A stretch of 64,000 nt of DNA from Nitrospira sp. (GTDB lineage: Bacteria > Nitrospirota > Nitrospiria > Nitrospirales > Nitrospiraceae): NCBI GenBank assembly GCA_024330925.1, contig JANDJK010000003.1, positions 2,075-66,074 of the forward strand. The letters are read 5' to 3'. The notes beneath the pieces are model-generated. The model was not told where the DNA came from. It made no database searches and saw nothing but the letters and a program-made list of their open reading frames with translations. This document shows, piece after piece, positions 30,573 to 42,487 of this stretch; within the stretch, counting starts at the first letter, position 1, and every line of letters starts with the position of its first letter. The translations under genes were made by a program, and so were the position numbers.

Positions 30573-31814
30573 TCAATCAGCCTGTTTTCGGAGAAAGGTC
30601 GGCACGTCCCATTCGTCCTCCGTGTTCAAAGTCGCTCGCTCGATCGACTCGCGCACATCATGCATCCGTCGCAAGAATGTTGGCCGGTCGAGGTTGACCG
30701 TCGTTCGCTCAGGCGTTGTTGCCGTCCCGACGCTGGTCAAAATTGGCGAAGTCGGCTTGGCAATGGGGCGAACAGGACGGCCATCGATCCCTCTACCAAT
30801 TCCCCCCCCGCCGGTGCTCACCACTCCGGTCCCGCTGGCCAAGACGGAGGGTTCCGCTTCCGCTTCAAAACCAGTAGCAATGACGGTCACGATCAAATCC
30901 TCGCCGCTCTCAGGATTGATCACCTGACCTACGATGATGTTGGCTTCCGGATCAGCCGCCTGTTGAATGATAGACGCTGCTTCCTCCACCTCATGAAGCG
31001 ACATGTTGGGCCCGCCCGTGATGTTGAGGAGCACCCCCCGCGCACCTTCGATACTGCCTTCTTCGAGCAGTGGACTACAAATGGCTTTTTGCGCTGCCTC
31101 AATGGCTCGGTTGGGACCACGCGCGACCCCCATGCCCATCACAGCTCGCCCTGTATGAGACATCACGGTCCGGACATCCGCAAAATCGACATTCACCAGC
31201 CCCGTCGTGGTGATCACATCAGCAATCCCTTGGATAGCCTGTCGCAACACATCGTCGGCTACCTTAAAGGCATCGAGCAGGGGAGTCGATTTATCAACGA
31301 TCCCTAATAACCGTTGATTGGGAATGACGAGCAACGTATCGACATGCCGCCGAAGATCACGGATCCCCTCTTCAGCATGTTTCTGCCGCCGTTGTCCTTC
31401 ATAATGAAAGGGCTTCGTCACGACGCCAACCGTCAGGATACCCATCTCACGGGCGATGCTGGCTACAATTGGCGCGGCTCCTGTGCCGGTTCCACCACCC
31501 ATACCCGCTGTCACAAACACCATATCCGCCCCTTCCAGACATTCACGAATCTGTTCCCGGCTCTCCAGCGCTGCCTCTTTGCCAATCTCCGGCCTCGCTC
31601 CTGCACCCAATCCACGGGTCCGCTCAGGCCCAAGCTGAATCTTATACGGCGCCAACGATCGTTCCAGCGCTTGGAGATCGGTGTTGCTCGCAATGAAATC
31701 CACTCGGGACAAGCCAGCCGCAATCATTGTATTGACCGCATTACAGCCAGCACCGCCGATACCGATCACCTTGATGCGAACCGGCGAGAGCACGCATTCT
31801 TGCAGCGAAAACAT
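30573..31814 (-). CDS. ftsZ: Cell division protein FtsZ
   Basis: [31 protein letters not shown]-terminal DVPTFLRK. Confidence 0.99.
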   Translation of the reverse strand: MFSLQECVLSPVRIKVIGIGGAGCNAVNTMIAAGLSRVDFIASNTDLQALERSLAPYKIQLGPERTRGLGAGARPEIGKEAALESREQIRECLEGADMVFVTAGMGGGTGTGAAPIVASIAREMGILTVGVVTKPFHYEGQRRQKHAEEGIRDLRRHVDTLLVIPNQRLLGIVDKSTPLLDAFKVADDVLRQAIQGIADVITTTGLVNVDFADVRTVMSHTGRAVMGMGVARGPNRAIEAAQKAICSPLLEEGSIEGARGVLLNITGGPNMSLHEVEEAASIIQQAADPEANIIVGQVINPESGEDLIVTVIATGFEAEAEPSVLASGTGVVSTGGGGIGRGIDGRPVRPIAKPTSPILTSVGTATTPERTTVNLDRPTFLRRMHDVRESIERATLNTEDEWDVPTFLRKQAD

Positions 31815-31868
31815 CTTGCACCTCCTCACCTTGCCCTCTCTGGCGCATGTCGCGCCCAAAGGGCGGGG

Positions 31869-33110
31869 TTAAAAGACTTCCAACATTCGCCTTGTCCATC
31901 CGACCATTTTGGACCATGCCCCTCCGTTGCGGAGCCCCGCTGACTCCAAATCCTCGGCATATCGCCTGGCGTGCAGCAACAAGCCCACCCCTGTTGCATA
32001 AGCAGGGTGACTGACAATGTCGCGAAGTCCTCCCACACCAGAGGGGCCACCGCGGCGGGCAGGCAATTTCAGCACCTTTTCCGCTGCCTCCGGCATCCCC
32101 TCTAGCAAAGAAGTGCCACCCGTCAGCACCACACCAGCTCCTAACATGCCTTCATAGCCGGCACGGGCGATTTCTCTCCGCACTAGTTCGAACATCTCCT
32201 CGACCCGTGGCTCGATGATCTCAGCTACGTCCTTTCTTGAGAACAGACGGGGCGGGCGATCCCCCATCGACGGCACCTCGACCGTTTGATTTCCGGCTAC
32301 CAATTCGACTCTGGCCAAGCCGTGATGCACCTTAATTTTTTCTGCCTCGGTCTGCGACGTCATCAAGCCAATTGCCAAGTCCTTGGTCAAATTCTGTCCC
32401 CCAATGGGCAACACAGCAGAATGTCTGATGCTGCCATCGAGAAAAATCGCCACATCCGTTGTGCCACCGCCCAAGTCCACCATGGCAACGCCCAACTCCC
32501 GTTCCTCCTGGCTCAACACTGCCTCACTGGACGCCAGCGGCTGCAGAATGATGTCCACCACATCCAGGCCAGCCCGATTGACGCTCTTGATAATATTTTG
32601 TGCAGACGTGACGGCACCGGTAATCACATGGACATTGACCTCGAGCCGATTGCCCGACAGTCCCAACGGCTCGCGAACTCCCTCCTGACCATCCACCGCA
32701 AATTCACGAGGCAGCACGTGAAGAATCCGACGATCCGGTGGAACAATGGCCAACGTGCGGGCGCTTTCGATTGCTCGTTGAATGTCATCTCTTGTTACCT
32801 CTCCACGCTTGAGCGCCACCACTCCCTTGCAGTTTTCCGCCGCAATATGGGTCCCCGCAATGCCGGTATAGACAGAATTGATCTGCACTGCCGCCATCAA
32901 TTCTGCTTCTTCGACCGCCTTTTTGATCGATTCGACCGTGCTTTCAATATCGACCACCACCCCCTTGCGTAACCCCCTGGACTGGCTTGAGCCGATGCCG
33001 ATTACATTTAACATTCCGCTATCGGTCACTTCCGCCACCACGGCACAGATTTTGGTGGTTCCGATATCAAGCCCGACAAGGATTTGATCCCGTTTCGGCA
33101 CCGCGATCAC
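31869..33110 (-). CDS. ftsA: Cell division protein FtsA
   Basis: GLDIGTTK, GLRKGVV, DLGGGTT, GVVLTGG. Confidence 0.98.
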   Translation of the reverse strand: MIAVPKRDQILVGLDIGTTKICAVVAEVTDSGMLNVIGIGSSQSRGLRKGVVVDIESTVESIKKAVEEAELMAAVQINSVYTGIAGTHIAAENCKGVVALKRGEVTRDDIQRAIESARTLAIVPPDRRILHVLPREFAVDGQEGVREPLGLSGNRLEVNVHVITGAVTSAQNIIKSVNRAGLDVVDIILQPLASSEAVLSQEERELGVAMVDLGGGTTDVAIFLDGSIRHSAVLPIGGQNLTKDLAIGLMTSQTEAEKIKVHHGLARVELVAGNQTVEVPSMGDRPPRLFSRKDVAEIIEPRVEEMFELVRREIARAGYEGMLGAGVVLTGGTSLLEGMPEAAEKVLKLPARRGGPSGVGGLRDIVSHPAYATGVGLLLHARRYAEDLESAGLRNGGAWSKMVGWTRRMLEVF

Positions 33111-33988
33111 CCCCTTTCTCGGACAACTACTCGGTTCTCGTACCGCAGATCCACATCGCTGACCTCACCAGCTCCCACCACTTCCAATTCCCGTACCACT
33201 TGCTTGACTTGCTGAAACCGCTTCCACTGTTCGTCTCGTCCTTCTTCCCCAAAATGAAACCGTGTGCCGCCGACCGATACGATCAAATTGGTCGGATCCG
33301 CCACGTTCACATACAACGGCCCCGAGTACGTTTGCCGCACATGATCGGCCACCTCAATACCAGCAACGATGGCAAGACGGACAGCCTCAGTTCCCTCAAG
33401 CAATCCCTTGCGATCAACTCCCGATACCACCGGCAACAGTTCTTCCGACAATGACTCGCCCTCCAAGGGATGCCACGGGGTAAGTACCTGCCCGTCTTGA
33501 TCAACGAGAAAGATTTCGTGCCCAACCTGCACCCACGCGCCCGGAATCCGTTCCACTACCGAGATGCGAAGCTCATGAAAGGGAAGGAGGGCGACCGTTG
33601 CCTGTTTAATCCACGGATGAGTCTCCACGCGCTCTTGGATGTCAACCGCTGACACACGGTAGAGCGGCGTCCGAGGGGCAAGCTGTACCAGATCGATAAT
33701 GTCCTGCTGATTGAGTCGATGAAGACCATCAACCGTCACAACCCTGATTTCAAACAGCCGCTCCAGAAAGGGGCCAACGTTGGACACGCCCAAGGTGATC
33801 ACCCACAAGGTCGCCGCCACACCCATCATCGCAGCCGTCCATCTGAGGACCCCTCTCCCTTTCCGCCTGAGGACATTCCACCAAGCCACCGCATCCCGAT
33901 TTGAGGGCGCCCCCACCCGTGGACATTTCCATTGATTTTTTCTTGGTCGGTGGAAAGAGGGCCGCCAACGTTTTCGAACAAGCATCAT
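33107..33988 (-). CDS. ftsQ: Cell division protein FtsQ/DivIB
   Basis: Single TM, POTRA-like segment (HPWIKQATV), VDLRYENRVVV; position between ddl and ftsA. Confidence 0.9.
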   Translation of the reverse strand: MMLVRKRWRPSFHRPRKNQWKCPRVGAPSNRDAVAWWNVLRRKGRGVLRWTAAMMGVAATLWVITLGVSNVGPFLERLFEIRVVTVDGLHRLNQQDIIDLVQLAPRTPLYRVSAVDIQERVETHPWIKQATVALLPFHELRISVVERIPGAWVQVGHEIFLVDQDGQVLTPWHPLEGESLSEELLPVVSGVDRKGLLEGTEAVRLAIVAGIEVADHVRQTYSGPLYVNVADPTNLIVSVGGTRFHFGEEGRDEQWKRFQQVKQVVRELEVVGAGEVSDVDLRYENRVVVRERG

Positions 33989-33999
33989 CCGTCCACCAC

Positions 34000-35001
34000 T
34001 TAGCTTCTTATCCTGGTCACACCGAATCGGCGGGCCCGATCAAGCGCCGACCGCAAAATCCATTCGACTAACTGTTCATAATTGATACCCGCCTTCGCCG
34101 CTGCCATCGGCAGCAGACTCGTTTCCGTCATGCCGGGAACCGTATTGATCTCCAAGACATAGGGACGACCCTCCGGCGTCACCCGAAAGTCCACACGCGC
34201 CGCCCCCTCACACCCTAAAGCACTGAAAGCTCGGCGGCTCAGATCCTCCAGAGTTCTTACGATTCTCGCCGGCAAAGGAGCCGGGCAGAGGTAGGTTGTG
34301 TTCCCCTTTTGATACTTCGCCGCAAAATCGTAAAATCCACCGGGTGCCACAATTTCGACAGCCGGCAGCACTTTGAGCGTACCCGCTGTTCCTCGCAACA
34401 CCGCGACGGTCACTTCACGGCCGGGAATGAATGCTTCCACCACTGCTTCCTCGTCATAACGATGGGCTGTCGCCAACGCCTGCTCCCATTCCGCAGTACG
34501 GCGCACAATGGTCACGCCGATCGTGGAACCTTGCGAAGCCGGCTTGACAACAATGGGCAATCGGAGTTGCGCCTTCCTCAGGATGGTAGGAAGGGAAACG
34601 GCTACCCCCCGCGTGACGACCGACCCAGGCGGAACCGGGATCCCGGATGAGGCCAAGACCGTTTTAGTCACAATCTTGTTCATCCCCAAGGCACTTGCCA
34701 GAACCCCCGAGCCTGTGTATGGGATCCCGACCGTTTCGAGAAACCCCTGCATGGTCCCGTCCTCACCTCCGGCTCCATGCAAGGCCAAGAACACAACTTC
34801 TATCTTGTGGTGGTTCAAGTCGTCGAACAGCCGGTCACCGACCTCGATCGGCACAGCGTCATAGCCACGGCGCACCAGCGCCTGATAGACAGCACGGCCG
34901 GTTTTAAGCGAGATGTCCCGCTCAGATGACCATCCACCCATCAACACTCCGATACGCGCCTCCGTTAATCGGCCTGTTCGTTTCATCGCCGGCGTCCCCA
35001 C
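34000..35001 (-). CDS. ddl: D-Ala-D-Ala ligase
   Basis: GGWSSERDIS, LHGAGGEDG, VKPASQGS, YDFAAKY, EINTVPGMT. Confidence 0.97.
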   Translation of the reverse strand: MGTPAMKRTGRLTEARIGVLMGGWSSERDISLKTGRAVYQALVRRGYDAVPIEVGDRLFDDLNHHKIEVVFLALHGAGGEDGTMQGFLETVGIPYTGSGVLASALGMNKIVTKTVLASSGIPVPPGSVVTRGVAVSLPTILRKAQLRLPIVVKPASQGSTIGVTIVRRTAEWEQALATAHRYDEEAVVEAFIPGREVTVAVLRGTAGTLKVLPAVEIVAPGGFYDFAAKYQKGNTTYLCPAPLPARIVRTLEDLSRRAFSALGCEGAARVDFRVTPEGRPYVLEINTVPGMTETSLLPMAAAKAGINYEQLVEWILRSALDRARRFGVTRIRS

Positions 35002-35073
35002 GGCCGCTTCTCACGGCCAGCCCTGCCGTATCGGCACTGCCCGGGCTTCTCGTTGTTTCGGTACTTCGCTTCT

Positions 35074-36027
35074 CTATGCTTGGCCCACCAACTGGAGCTC
35101 TAATTCCAATTTCACACCGGTCTTTTGGAACACCTCGTGCCTGACTTTTCGAATCAATGCCAACACATCCTGCGCAGTAGCATGGCCTCGATTGACGATG
35201 AAGTTCGCGTGTTTGATCGACACTTCAGCATCACCTACGCGAGCCCCTTTGAGTCCAGCCGCCTCTACAACTCGACCAGCCAAATCGTGGGGCGGATTCT
35301 TAAACACACAGCCGGCGCTCGGCAGCGTCAACGGCTGCGTCTGCCGGCGATAACGCAGATAGTCTTTGACCGTCTTCTCCAACTCACGCCGCACACCTGG
35401 TGCCAATTGAAGCCATACGCCAGCCACCACTCCGGGCGGGAGCTTCGCCCGACGATACTCAAAGGTAATCGATCGCCCATCGTACTCTTTCACGGCACCG
35501 GTCGGCGTCACCATTCGAACTGCCTTGACCACATCTTTCATCTCGCCCAGTTTCGTACCGGCATTCATGACCACACAGCCCCCCACCGTCCCCGGAATAC
35601 CTGCCGCCCATTCCAATCCCTTCAGTGACCGACGGATGGCATACCCCATGAGGGTTGGCATACCCACACCAGCCTCAGCATAGAGCACCGACTCCGCTTC
35701 TTCTTTAATGGCCCGCAACCTCGCAAGGCGAATCACAATCCCCCTGATCCCCTTGTCCCGAACAAGAAGATTGGTCCCTCCGAGCACAAAAATTCGTACT
35801 TTCTGTTCAGCGGCCTGCTTCACTACACGCACTAGATCGTTCAGATCGGCCGGCTCGACCAACACATCAGCAGGCCCCCCAACCCGAAACGATGTGTACG
35901 TCCGCAATGGCACATCAAACTGTACCCTGCCCCTGAGACCGACAACCGCTTTTTCCAATCGCCACCGCGGCACCTTGCCGTCTTGCCTCCCCACCGTTGC
36001 CCGCTTGCAATCAGCCATGAAAAACAC
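35074..36027 (-). CDS. murB: UDP-N-acetylenolpyruvoylglucosamine reductase
   Basis: TSFRVGG, GIPGTVGG, MNAG, SAGCVFKNP, HANFIVN; start uncertain. Confidence 0.96.
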   Translation of the reverse strand: MFFMADCKRATVGRQDGKVPRWRLEKAVVGLRGRVQFDVPLRTYTSFRVGGPADVLVEPADLNDLVRVVKQAAEQKVRIFVLGGTNLLVRDKGIRGIVIRLARLRAIKEEAESVLYAEAGVGMPTLMGYAIRRSLKGLEWAAGIPGTVGGCVVMNAGTKLGEMKDVVKAVRMVTPTGAVKEYDGRSITFEYRRAKLPPGVVAGVWLQLAPGVRRELEKTVKDYLRYRRQTQPLTLPSAGCVFKNPPHDLAGRVVEAAGLKGARVGDAEVSIKHANFIVNRGHATAQDVLALIRKVRHEVFQKTGVKLELELQLVGQA

Positions 36028-36036
36028 ACCACGGGG

Positions 36037-37431
36037 TCATGCTACCGCCGTCAACCGAGCCAGAATCTCGGGACCGGTTTTCCAAATATCGCCCGCCCCC
36101 AGCGTCAGCACCAGATCGCCAGGTTGGAGCCGAGGCATGACCTGCTCCGCCAAGGCCTCCTTGCGTTCAATAAAGGTGACCGATGGATGACCAGCAGCCG
36201 CAATAGCCTCGGCCAATTTCTGCCCGGACACTCCCGCAATTGCCTGCTCACCCGCCCCATAAATCTCAGTCACAAACAAGAGATCAGCTCGATCAAACGC
36301 ATGAAGAAAGTCCTCAAAACAGTCTCGCGTACGAGTGTACCGGTGAGGCTGAAAAAGCACCACCAACCGCCGATCCCCTCCCTGTTTCGCCGTCGCCAGT
36401 GTCGCTCGTATTTCAGTAGGATGATGCCCGTAATCATCGATCACGGTCACTCCTGCAGCCTCACCACGAAGATGAAACCGTCGTTCCACCCCACTAAACG
36501 CTGCAAGTCCCTTCCGAATGAGATCAACGGGCACCTCCAATTCCATTCCAATGGCAATCGCAGCCAGAGCATTCGCAACATTGTGAATGCCCGGCACAGC
36601 CAGCCGAAACGGACCGAGATGAGTACCCCGAAACGACGCTCGGAACTCCGAGCCCCATTGTTTAAGCAGAATATCCGTGGCCTTGAAATCCGGCTTCACC
36701 CCCTCATACTCCGTAAGACCGTAGGTGTAACACCGTTTGACGATGCGGGGCAGGAGCGAACGAAGCCGCTCGTCGTCGGCGCACAATACGGCTAATCCGT
36801 AAAACGGCACCTTGTTGATGAATTCCACGAAGCTGTCAGCCAAACGTTCCATCGAGCCGTAGTGATCAAGGTGTTCGCGATCAAGATTCGTGACCGCAAC
36901 GATGGTGGGCGACAAACGAAGAAACGAGCCGTCGCTTTCGTCCGCCTCTGCTACCAGCAACTCACTGCGACCCAATCGCGCATGGCTACCCAACGCATTC
37001 ACCTTGCCGCCGATCACCATGGTTGGATCCAGTCCTCCTTGAGCCAGCACATTGCCGACCATCGAGGTTGTAGTCGTTTTTCCGTGAGCGCCGGCAATCG
37101 CAATGCCAAATTTCAGGCGCATCAGCTCCGCAAGCATCTCGGCACGGGGGATGACCGGAATTTTCCTGCGCTTTGCCTCCTGGATTTCCGGATTAGTTGG
37201 TGCGACAGCGGAGGACACCACCACGACCTGCGCTGCCCCCACATGCGACTCATGGTGTCCAATGAAAATATTCCCCCCAAGTGCTTCCAGCCGTTTTGTC
37301 GTCTCGGACCCCTGCAAATCAGAGCCGCTAACAGCATAGCCCATGGTCAGGAGAACCTCAGCAATCCCGCTCATGCCAGCGCCGCCGATGCCAACAAAAT
37401 GGATATGCTGAATCTTGCGAAACCGTGCCAT
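36037..37431 (-). CDS. murC: UDP-MurNAc-L-Ala ligase
   Basis: HFVGIGGAGMSG, GAHGKTTT, EADESD, DDYGHHPTE, FQPHRY. Confidence 0.98.
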   Translation of the reverse strand: MARFRKIQHIHFVGIGGAGMSGIAEVLLTMGYAVSGSDLQGSETTKRLEALGGNIFIGHHESHVGAAQVVVVSSAVAPTNPEIQEAKRRKIPVIPRAEMLAELMRLKFGIAIAGAHGKTTTTSMVGNVLAQGGLDPTMVIGGKVNALGSHARLGRSELLVAEADESDGSFLRLSPTIVAVTNLDREHLDHYGSMERLADSFVEFINKVPFYGLAVLCADDERLRSLLPRIVKRCYTYGLTEYEGVKPDFKATDILLKQWGSEFRASFRGTHLGPFRLAVPGIHNVANALAAIAIGMELEVPVDLIRKGLAAFSGVERRFHLRGEAAGVTVIDDYGHHPTEIRATLATAKQGGDRRLVVLFQPHRYTRTRDCFEDFLHAFDRADLLFVTEIYGAGEQAIAGVSGQKLAEAIAAAGHPSVTFIERKEALAEQVMPRLQPGDLVLTLGAGDIWKTGPEILARLTAVA

Positions 37432-37507
37432 GCTCCTCACCCCCTGCAAGCGGCCTGTGCCAGCCCACGCCCCCCTGCCAGATCCCGCCATGCCGGTCTC
37501 CTGTCGT

Positions 37508-38617
37508 TCATAACGCCCTATAGCCATGAGATGCCTCTTTCATCAACTTGTAGCACTCGCGTACAATCGCCTCTCCCGCATCGATTCGCCGCATAGCTCG
37601 GCTCTTGACTCCCATAACCCGGAGCTGTTCCGGGTTCGACAACAGACGGACAATCAACTCACTCAATCGAAAACCGGTCAGTTCAGCTTGCGGTAGCACC
37701 ACGGCTCCTCCGCCTGCCTCCAGGGCCTGTGCGTTCTTCATCTGATGGTCATAGATTGCAGTAGGGAGTGGGATCAGGATCGCGGGTTTGCCACAAGCCA
37801 TCAGCTCCGCGATCGTCATCGCTCCAGCCCTCGCGACCACCAAATCAGCTCTTTGCAGAATCATTGGCATCTCGTACAAAAACGGAGCGACCTCGGCGCG
37901 CACCCCCATCTGGTCATAAGCTGCCTTCACCCGCTGATAATCCAGCTCACCCGTTTGATGCGTGATCTCCACGTCAGGTATCTGCTTGATCAGAAATGGC
38001 ATTCCCTCCAGCACTGCATCGTTGATCGCTTTGGCGCCTTGGCTCCCTCCAACGATCAGCAACCGACGGCGCGAATGGAGCACTCTGGTCTCTCGCCCGT
38101 CTTCCTGCGCTACAAACTCCCGGCGAATCGGCGTGCCGGTCACTATGATCTTGTGACGATCGAAGCTCTGGGCTGCCGAATCAAACGCCAAAAAAATTCG
38201 CTGGGCCAAGGGAGCGACCACCTTATTAGCCATCCCCGGATAGGCATTCGGTTCCACGATTACCCGTGGAATCTTTCGCAAGGCGGCTGCCATCAGTACT
38301 GCGGGACTGGTATACCCTCCGACCCCAATCACGAGATTCACGCCAACTCGACGGAACAGTGCCAGGGACTGCCATATACCGATCGGGAGCGAGGCTACCC
38401 CTTTCAACATAGCCAGCGGGCCCTTCCCCATCACCGGATGAGCCGTGATGAGCGACAACTCGAACCCCTCATGGGCTAACACCTTGGCCTCGATCCCCCG
38501 TGTCGTGCCGATGAACAAAATTCTGGCCAAGGAGTCATGCCGCAGAAATTCTCTGGCCAGCGCCACAGCCGGATAGAGGTGCCCGCCCGTTCCTCCCGCA
38601 GCAATCACCACCGTCAT
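37508..38617 (-). CDS. murG: Undecaprenyl-PP-MurNAc-pentapeptide GlcNAc transferase
   Basis: AGGTGGHLYP, GGSQGA, RAGAMT, HQMKNA; real start ATG 38617 lies inside the long track ORF. Confidence 0.97.
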   Translation of the reverse strand: MTVVIAAGGTGGHLYPAVALAREFLRHDSLARILFIGTTRGIEAKVLAHEGFELSLITAHPVMGKGPLAMLKGVASLPIGIWQSLALFRRVGVNLVIGVGGYTSPAVLMAAALRKIPRVIVEPNAYPGMANKVVAPLAQRIFLAFDSAAQSFDRHKIIVTGTPIRREFVAQEDGRETRVLHSRRRLLIVGGSQGAKAINDAVLEGMPFLIKQIPDVEITHQTGELDYQRVKAAYDQMGVRAEVAPFLYEMPMILQRADLVVARAGAMTIAELMACGKPAILIPLPTAIYDHQMKNAQALEAGGGAVVLPQAELTGFRLSELIVRLLSNPEQLRVMGVKSRAMRRIDAGEAIVRECYKLMKEASHGYRAL

Positions 38618-39810
38618 CGGCGCTCTCTCCTGCCCTTGCGTCCTAACTCTTCCAGTCCGTTTCGGCGGTCCCGTGAAATACTGAGCAGGATACCGACACC
38701 GGTCATGCACGTTACCAGGGACGAGCCACCATAACTGACAAATGGCAGCGTGAGTCCCTTGGTTGGCACCAATCCTGTCACGACAGAAGCATTGATCAGG
38801 GCTTGGACCCCAATAAGCAGGGTAATCCCCATACCCAGATAGCGGCCAAACGGCATCCTGGCCCGCGCCGCGATGTGAAATCCGCGAACCACGAAGAGTG
38901 CAAAGAGAAGAATAATGCTGGCCGTGCCAACCAACCCGAGCTCCTCTCCTACCAAGGCCAATACAAAATCGGTATGGGCCTCGGGCAGGAAAAACAATTT
39001 CTGTCTGCCCTCGCCCAACCCCACCCCGAACAACCCACCATGCCCAAAAGCCAGAAACGATTGGGTGATCTGAAAGCCCGCGTTGGTCGGATCTTTCCAG
39101 GGCGCCAAGAAGACCATCACCCGTTGAAGACGAAAACTCGATCCCAGCACCAACACCGTCACGACCGCCAGTCCGGCCAAACCCAGCCAGATCAGATGTG
39201 ACAGCCGGGCTCCCCCCAAAAACAAGAGCCCCATTACTGTCACCCCCATGACCACAACTGTTCCCAAGTCTCGCTCGAGCAACACCAAGCCCCCCACCAC
39301 GCCAAACACCACCATCGGAGGCAAAAGCCCTCGCCCAAAACGGGTGATTGTGTCTTCCCGTTTGGCCAAGTACGCGGCCACATACATCAGGAGCACCAGT
39401 TTTGCCAGTTCGGCCGGCTGCACAAGGACCGGCCCAGCGTGCAGCCAGCGCCTTCCTCCCTTCGCAGCAACCCCAATCGACGGTACCAGCACCAACACCA
39501 GCAACAGGACAGTCACCCCCAAAAAAGGAATCGCCAGTCTCTTCCACCAGACATAGTCGATGCGAGACATCCCCTGCATCAGCAGAAGTCCGACCATCAG
39601 CCACACAACTTGTCGTTTGAGAAAATACCCTGGGTCGTGAAACCGGCTTCCTGCCATGACCGCGCTCGCGCTGAACACCATCACCAGCCCAATGAGCGCC
39701 AACACCATCGTCACCATCAGCAGGACGTGATCCATCGACACCCGTTTCGAGGGACGGGGGCGAGACAAACGCCAGGACCCTGCAGGCGTCTCCGAAGGTT
39801 TGTACGACAT
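38614..39810 (-). CDS. ftsW: SEDS peptidoglycan glycosyltransferase FtsW
   Basis: MVFSAS, QPAELAK, FLPEAHTDF, LPFVSYGGSS. Confidence 0.97.
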   Translation of the reverse strand: MSYKPSETPAGSWRLSRPRPSKRVSMDHVLLMVTMVLALIGLVMVFSASAVMAGSRFHDPGYFLKRQVVWLMVGLLLMQGMSRIDYVWWKRLAIPFLGVTVLLLVLVLVPSIGVAAKGGRRWLHAGPVLVQPAELAKLVLLMYVAAYLAKREDTITRFGRGLLPPMVVFGVVGGLVLLERDLGTVVVMGVTVMGLLFLGGARLSHLIWLGLAGLAVVTVLVLGSSFRLQRVMVFLAPWKDPTNAGFQITQSFLAFGHGGLFGVGLGEGRQKLFFLPEAHTDFVLALVGEELGLVGTASIILLFALFVVRGFHIAARARMPFGRYLGMGITLLIGVQALINASVVTGLVPTKGLTLPFVSYGGSSLVTCMTGVGILLSISRDRRNGLEELGRKGRRERR

Positions 39811-39913
39811 GAGGCAGTGTCAACTTTCTTGCAACCTATCGTTCCTTGTTCGCATAAGCCTCTGTCTTTCACGAGGCTTCATCTTGACTCTCCACATCGG
39901 CTGTTTACCCCGA

Positions 39914-41323
39914 CTAATCGGGCAAGGCCTGCACGAACGTTTTGAATTGGCGTCCACGGTCCTGATAATCGGCAAACATGTCAAAACTCGCGCATGCTGG
40001 CGACAGCAATACCACGTCGCCGGGCGTTGCGCCGGCGGCAGCAATCTCCACCGCTTCGCGAAGCGATCCAGCTCGATCGATGGCATCATACCCGTCCATG
40101 GCCGCAGCAATGAGCGGCGCCGCCTCCCCGATCACGATCAACCGCTTGACCCGTTGACGGACGAGGGGAGCCAAGCGAGCAAAATCTCCGCCCTTATCTC
40201 GTCCTCCCGCAATCATCCATATCGGCCGGTCGATACTTTCCAGCGCCTTGAGCGTAGCGTCCACATTGGTTCCCTTCGAGTCGTTGACAAATCGGACTCC
40301 CCGCCGCTCACGCACAGTCTCCAGTGCATGTTCCAGTCCCGGAAATTCCCGCAACACCCGTCGAATCACTTCAGAATCTCCCCCCTGGAGCCGCGCAACG
40401 ACGGAGGCGGCCATGGCATTTTCGACATTGTGCTGGCCGATGATCCTGATCTCATCGCGCCGACAAACCTCCTCCACCTGACCATTGATGGCCACCATCA
40501 CGCGCTCACCATCCAGATAGGCTCCACCCACAACATCCGCTGGCAAGGACGACCCTTTCGTAAATCCCAGTACGCAACTCTCCACCTGCTGCCGTACCGA
40601 CGCAACCAGCGGGGCATCGAGATTGAAGACCGCATAGTCAGCAGGACCTTGGTTCTCGAACAGCCGGGTCTTGGCCGCAAGATAGTCGTCGAACGACTCG
40701 TACCGGTCCTGGTGATCAACTGTGATGTTGAGGAAAGCAGCAATCCGGGGATGAAATCGCTCCACTGTCTCCAATTGAAAGCTGGACACCTCTACCACCA
40801 ACACCTCAAACGGTTCCGGCCTGCCAGCGCGGGCAGCCAGGACAGCAGAACGAGCCGCCTCGCTGAGAGGCACACCCAGATTCCCTCCCACAAACACCCG
40901 CCTGCCTGCCTCCTCCAACATCTTGCCGATCAGTGTCACAGTGGTACTTTTGCCGTTGGTACCAGTAACAGCCAGGATTGGCGCCCTCACAAAACGAGAC
41001 GCGATTTCAAGTTCCCCCAGTACCTTCACGCCCCGCCGGCGTGCCCGTTCCAACAATTCCAGGCGAGAGGGAACGCCGGGACTAATGACCACCAGATCGG
41101 CCCAATCAATCGCCGATTCATACTCCTGGCCCACCCTGACCGTCACCGAGACTCCGTCTAGCTCCTGCAGTCTTTGCCGCAGTTCTGTTTGATCCTTTCT
41201 GTCCGCCACCGTCACGAAGGCGCCGACCTCCGCAAGCAATCGAGCAACGGCTACACCGCTCCTGGCCGCTCCCACAACCGTGACCTTGGCGCCGGCAAAG
41301 TTCAGTTCCTCACCTGCCACCAC
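39914..41323 (-). CDS. murD: UDP-MurNAc-Ala-D-Glu ligase
   Basis: [38 protein letters not shown]. Confidence 0.98.
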   Translation of the reverse strand: MVAGEELNFAGAKVTVVGAARSGVAVARLLAEVGAFVTVADRKDQTELRQRLQELDGVSVTVRVGQEYESAIDWADLVVISPGVPSRLELLERARRRGVKVLGELEIASRFVRAPILAVTGTNGKSTTVTLIGKMLEEAGRRVFVGGNLGVPLSEAARSAVLAARAGRPEPFEVLVVEVSSFQLETVERFHPRIAAFLNITVDHQDRYESFDDYLAAKTRLFENQGPADYAVFNLDAPLVASVRQQVESCVLGFTKGSSLPADVVGGAYLDGERVMVAINGQVEEVCRRDEIRIIGQHNVENAMAASVVARLQGGDSEVIRRVLREFPGLEHALETVRERRGVRFVNDSKGTNVDATLKALESIDRPIWMIAGGRDKGGDFARLAPLVRQRVKRLIVIGEAAPLIAAAMDGYDAIDRAGSLREAVEIAAAGATPGDVVLLSPACASFDMFADYQDRGRQFKTFVQALPD

Positions 41324-41355
41324 TTTGGCTCTCCTTCGATCTTCTTGATCTCTTC

Positions 41356-42432
41356 TCAGCGCAGCTTCAACGTACTAAGACTCAACAGAGCCAGGAGAAT
41401 CGCGATAATCCACAACCGAACCACCACCTTGGGTTCCTCCCATCCCTTCATTTCAAAATGGTGGTGAATGGGAGCCATGAGAAAAATGCGCTTGCCCCTC
41501 GACTTGTAGGAAAGCACTTGAAAAATAACCGACACCGCCTCGATCACAAAAACACCGCCGACCATGAGCAGCAATAATTCGTGTTTGGTGAGAACCGCCA
41601 CAGTTCCCAAAGCAGCTCCTAAGGGAAGGGATCCGACATCCCCCATGAAGACCGAAGCTGGATAGGCGTTGTACCAGAGGAATCCTAGACTTGCCCCCAG
41701 AATCGAGGCGGTAAAGACAGCCAATTCGCCAGCTCCCTCGATGTGAGGAATCAAGAGGTATTCGGACATCAACCGGTGGCCAGTAACATAGGCCACCACA
41801 GTATAGGCTAGAGCCGCAATCATGATGGGCCCTATCGCAAGTCCATCCAACCCATCAGTCAGGTTGACGGCATTGGAGGTCCCGACAATCACCAAAATCG
41901 CAAACACGATGTAAAACCATCCGAGATCCGGCGTAAAGTTCTTGAAAAACGGCACACTGAGCTTGGTGCTGTAACTGGGGAGGCAATACAGTGCCAGCGC
42001 GACACCCAACGAGACACAGACTTGAGCGGTGAACTTCTGCGACGCCGACAGCCCCTTAGAGCGCGCCTTGGTAAATTTGAGGTAGTCGTCGGCAAAACCG
42101 ATAAGAAAAAACCCCACAGTCGATGCCAAGACCAACCAAATTATCGGTCGCGCGATGTCAGCCCAGAGCACAGTGGAAACGATGACGGCAAAGATAATCA
42201 AGATCCCCCCCATCGTCGGTGTCCCGCTCTTCGCCAAATGCCGCTTAGGACCATCGTCGCGAACCTGTTGGCCCAGCTTGATCTCTTGCAACTTACGAAT
42301 CAGGGAGGGAGCCAAGGCAAATGCGATCAAAAATGCCGTCACCGCGGCATAGATGATGCGGAAACTCTGGTACCGAAAGACATTCAGAAACGAAAATTCC
42401 GTATGGAGCGGATAGAGCCAGTTGTACAACAT
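41356..42432 (-). CDS. mraY: Phospho-MurNAc-pentapeptide transferase
   Basis: [40 protein letters not shown]. Confidence 0.98.
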   Translation of the reverse strand: MLYNWLYPLHTEFSFLNVFRYQSFRIIYAAVTAFLIAFALAPSLIRKLQEIKLGQQVRDDGPKRHLAKSGTPTMGGILIIFAVIVSTVLWADIARPIIWLVLASTVGFFLIGFADDYLKFTKARSKGLSASQKFTAQVCVSLGVALALYCLPSYSTKLSVPFFKNFTPDLGWFYIVFAILVIVGTSNAVNLTDGLDGLAIGPIMIAALAYTVVAYVTGHRLMSEYLLIPHIEGAGELAVFTASILGASLGFLWYNAYPASVFMGDVGSLPLGAALGTVAVLTKHELLLLMVGGVFVIEAVSVIFQVLSYKSRGKRIFLMAPIHHHFEMKGWEEPKVVVRLWIIAILLALLSLSTLKLR

Positions 42433-42487
42433 GATTCGATACAGCCCGCGATACAAAACAGCGCCACCGTTTCTGCACAGGCCTACA

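Noticed and set aside
37508-39823. 771-aa ORF suggesting a large MurG fusion
   Set aside because: The upstream part is an alternative frame over ftsW. MurG motifs begin at ATG 38617, which overlaps the ftsW stop.
39811-39913. TTGACA just upstream of ftsW as an internal promoter
   Set aside because: No acceptable -10 element at 16-18 nt spacing.
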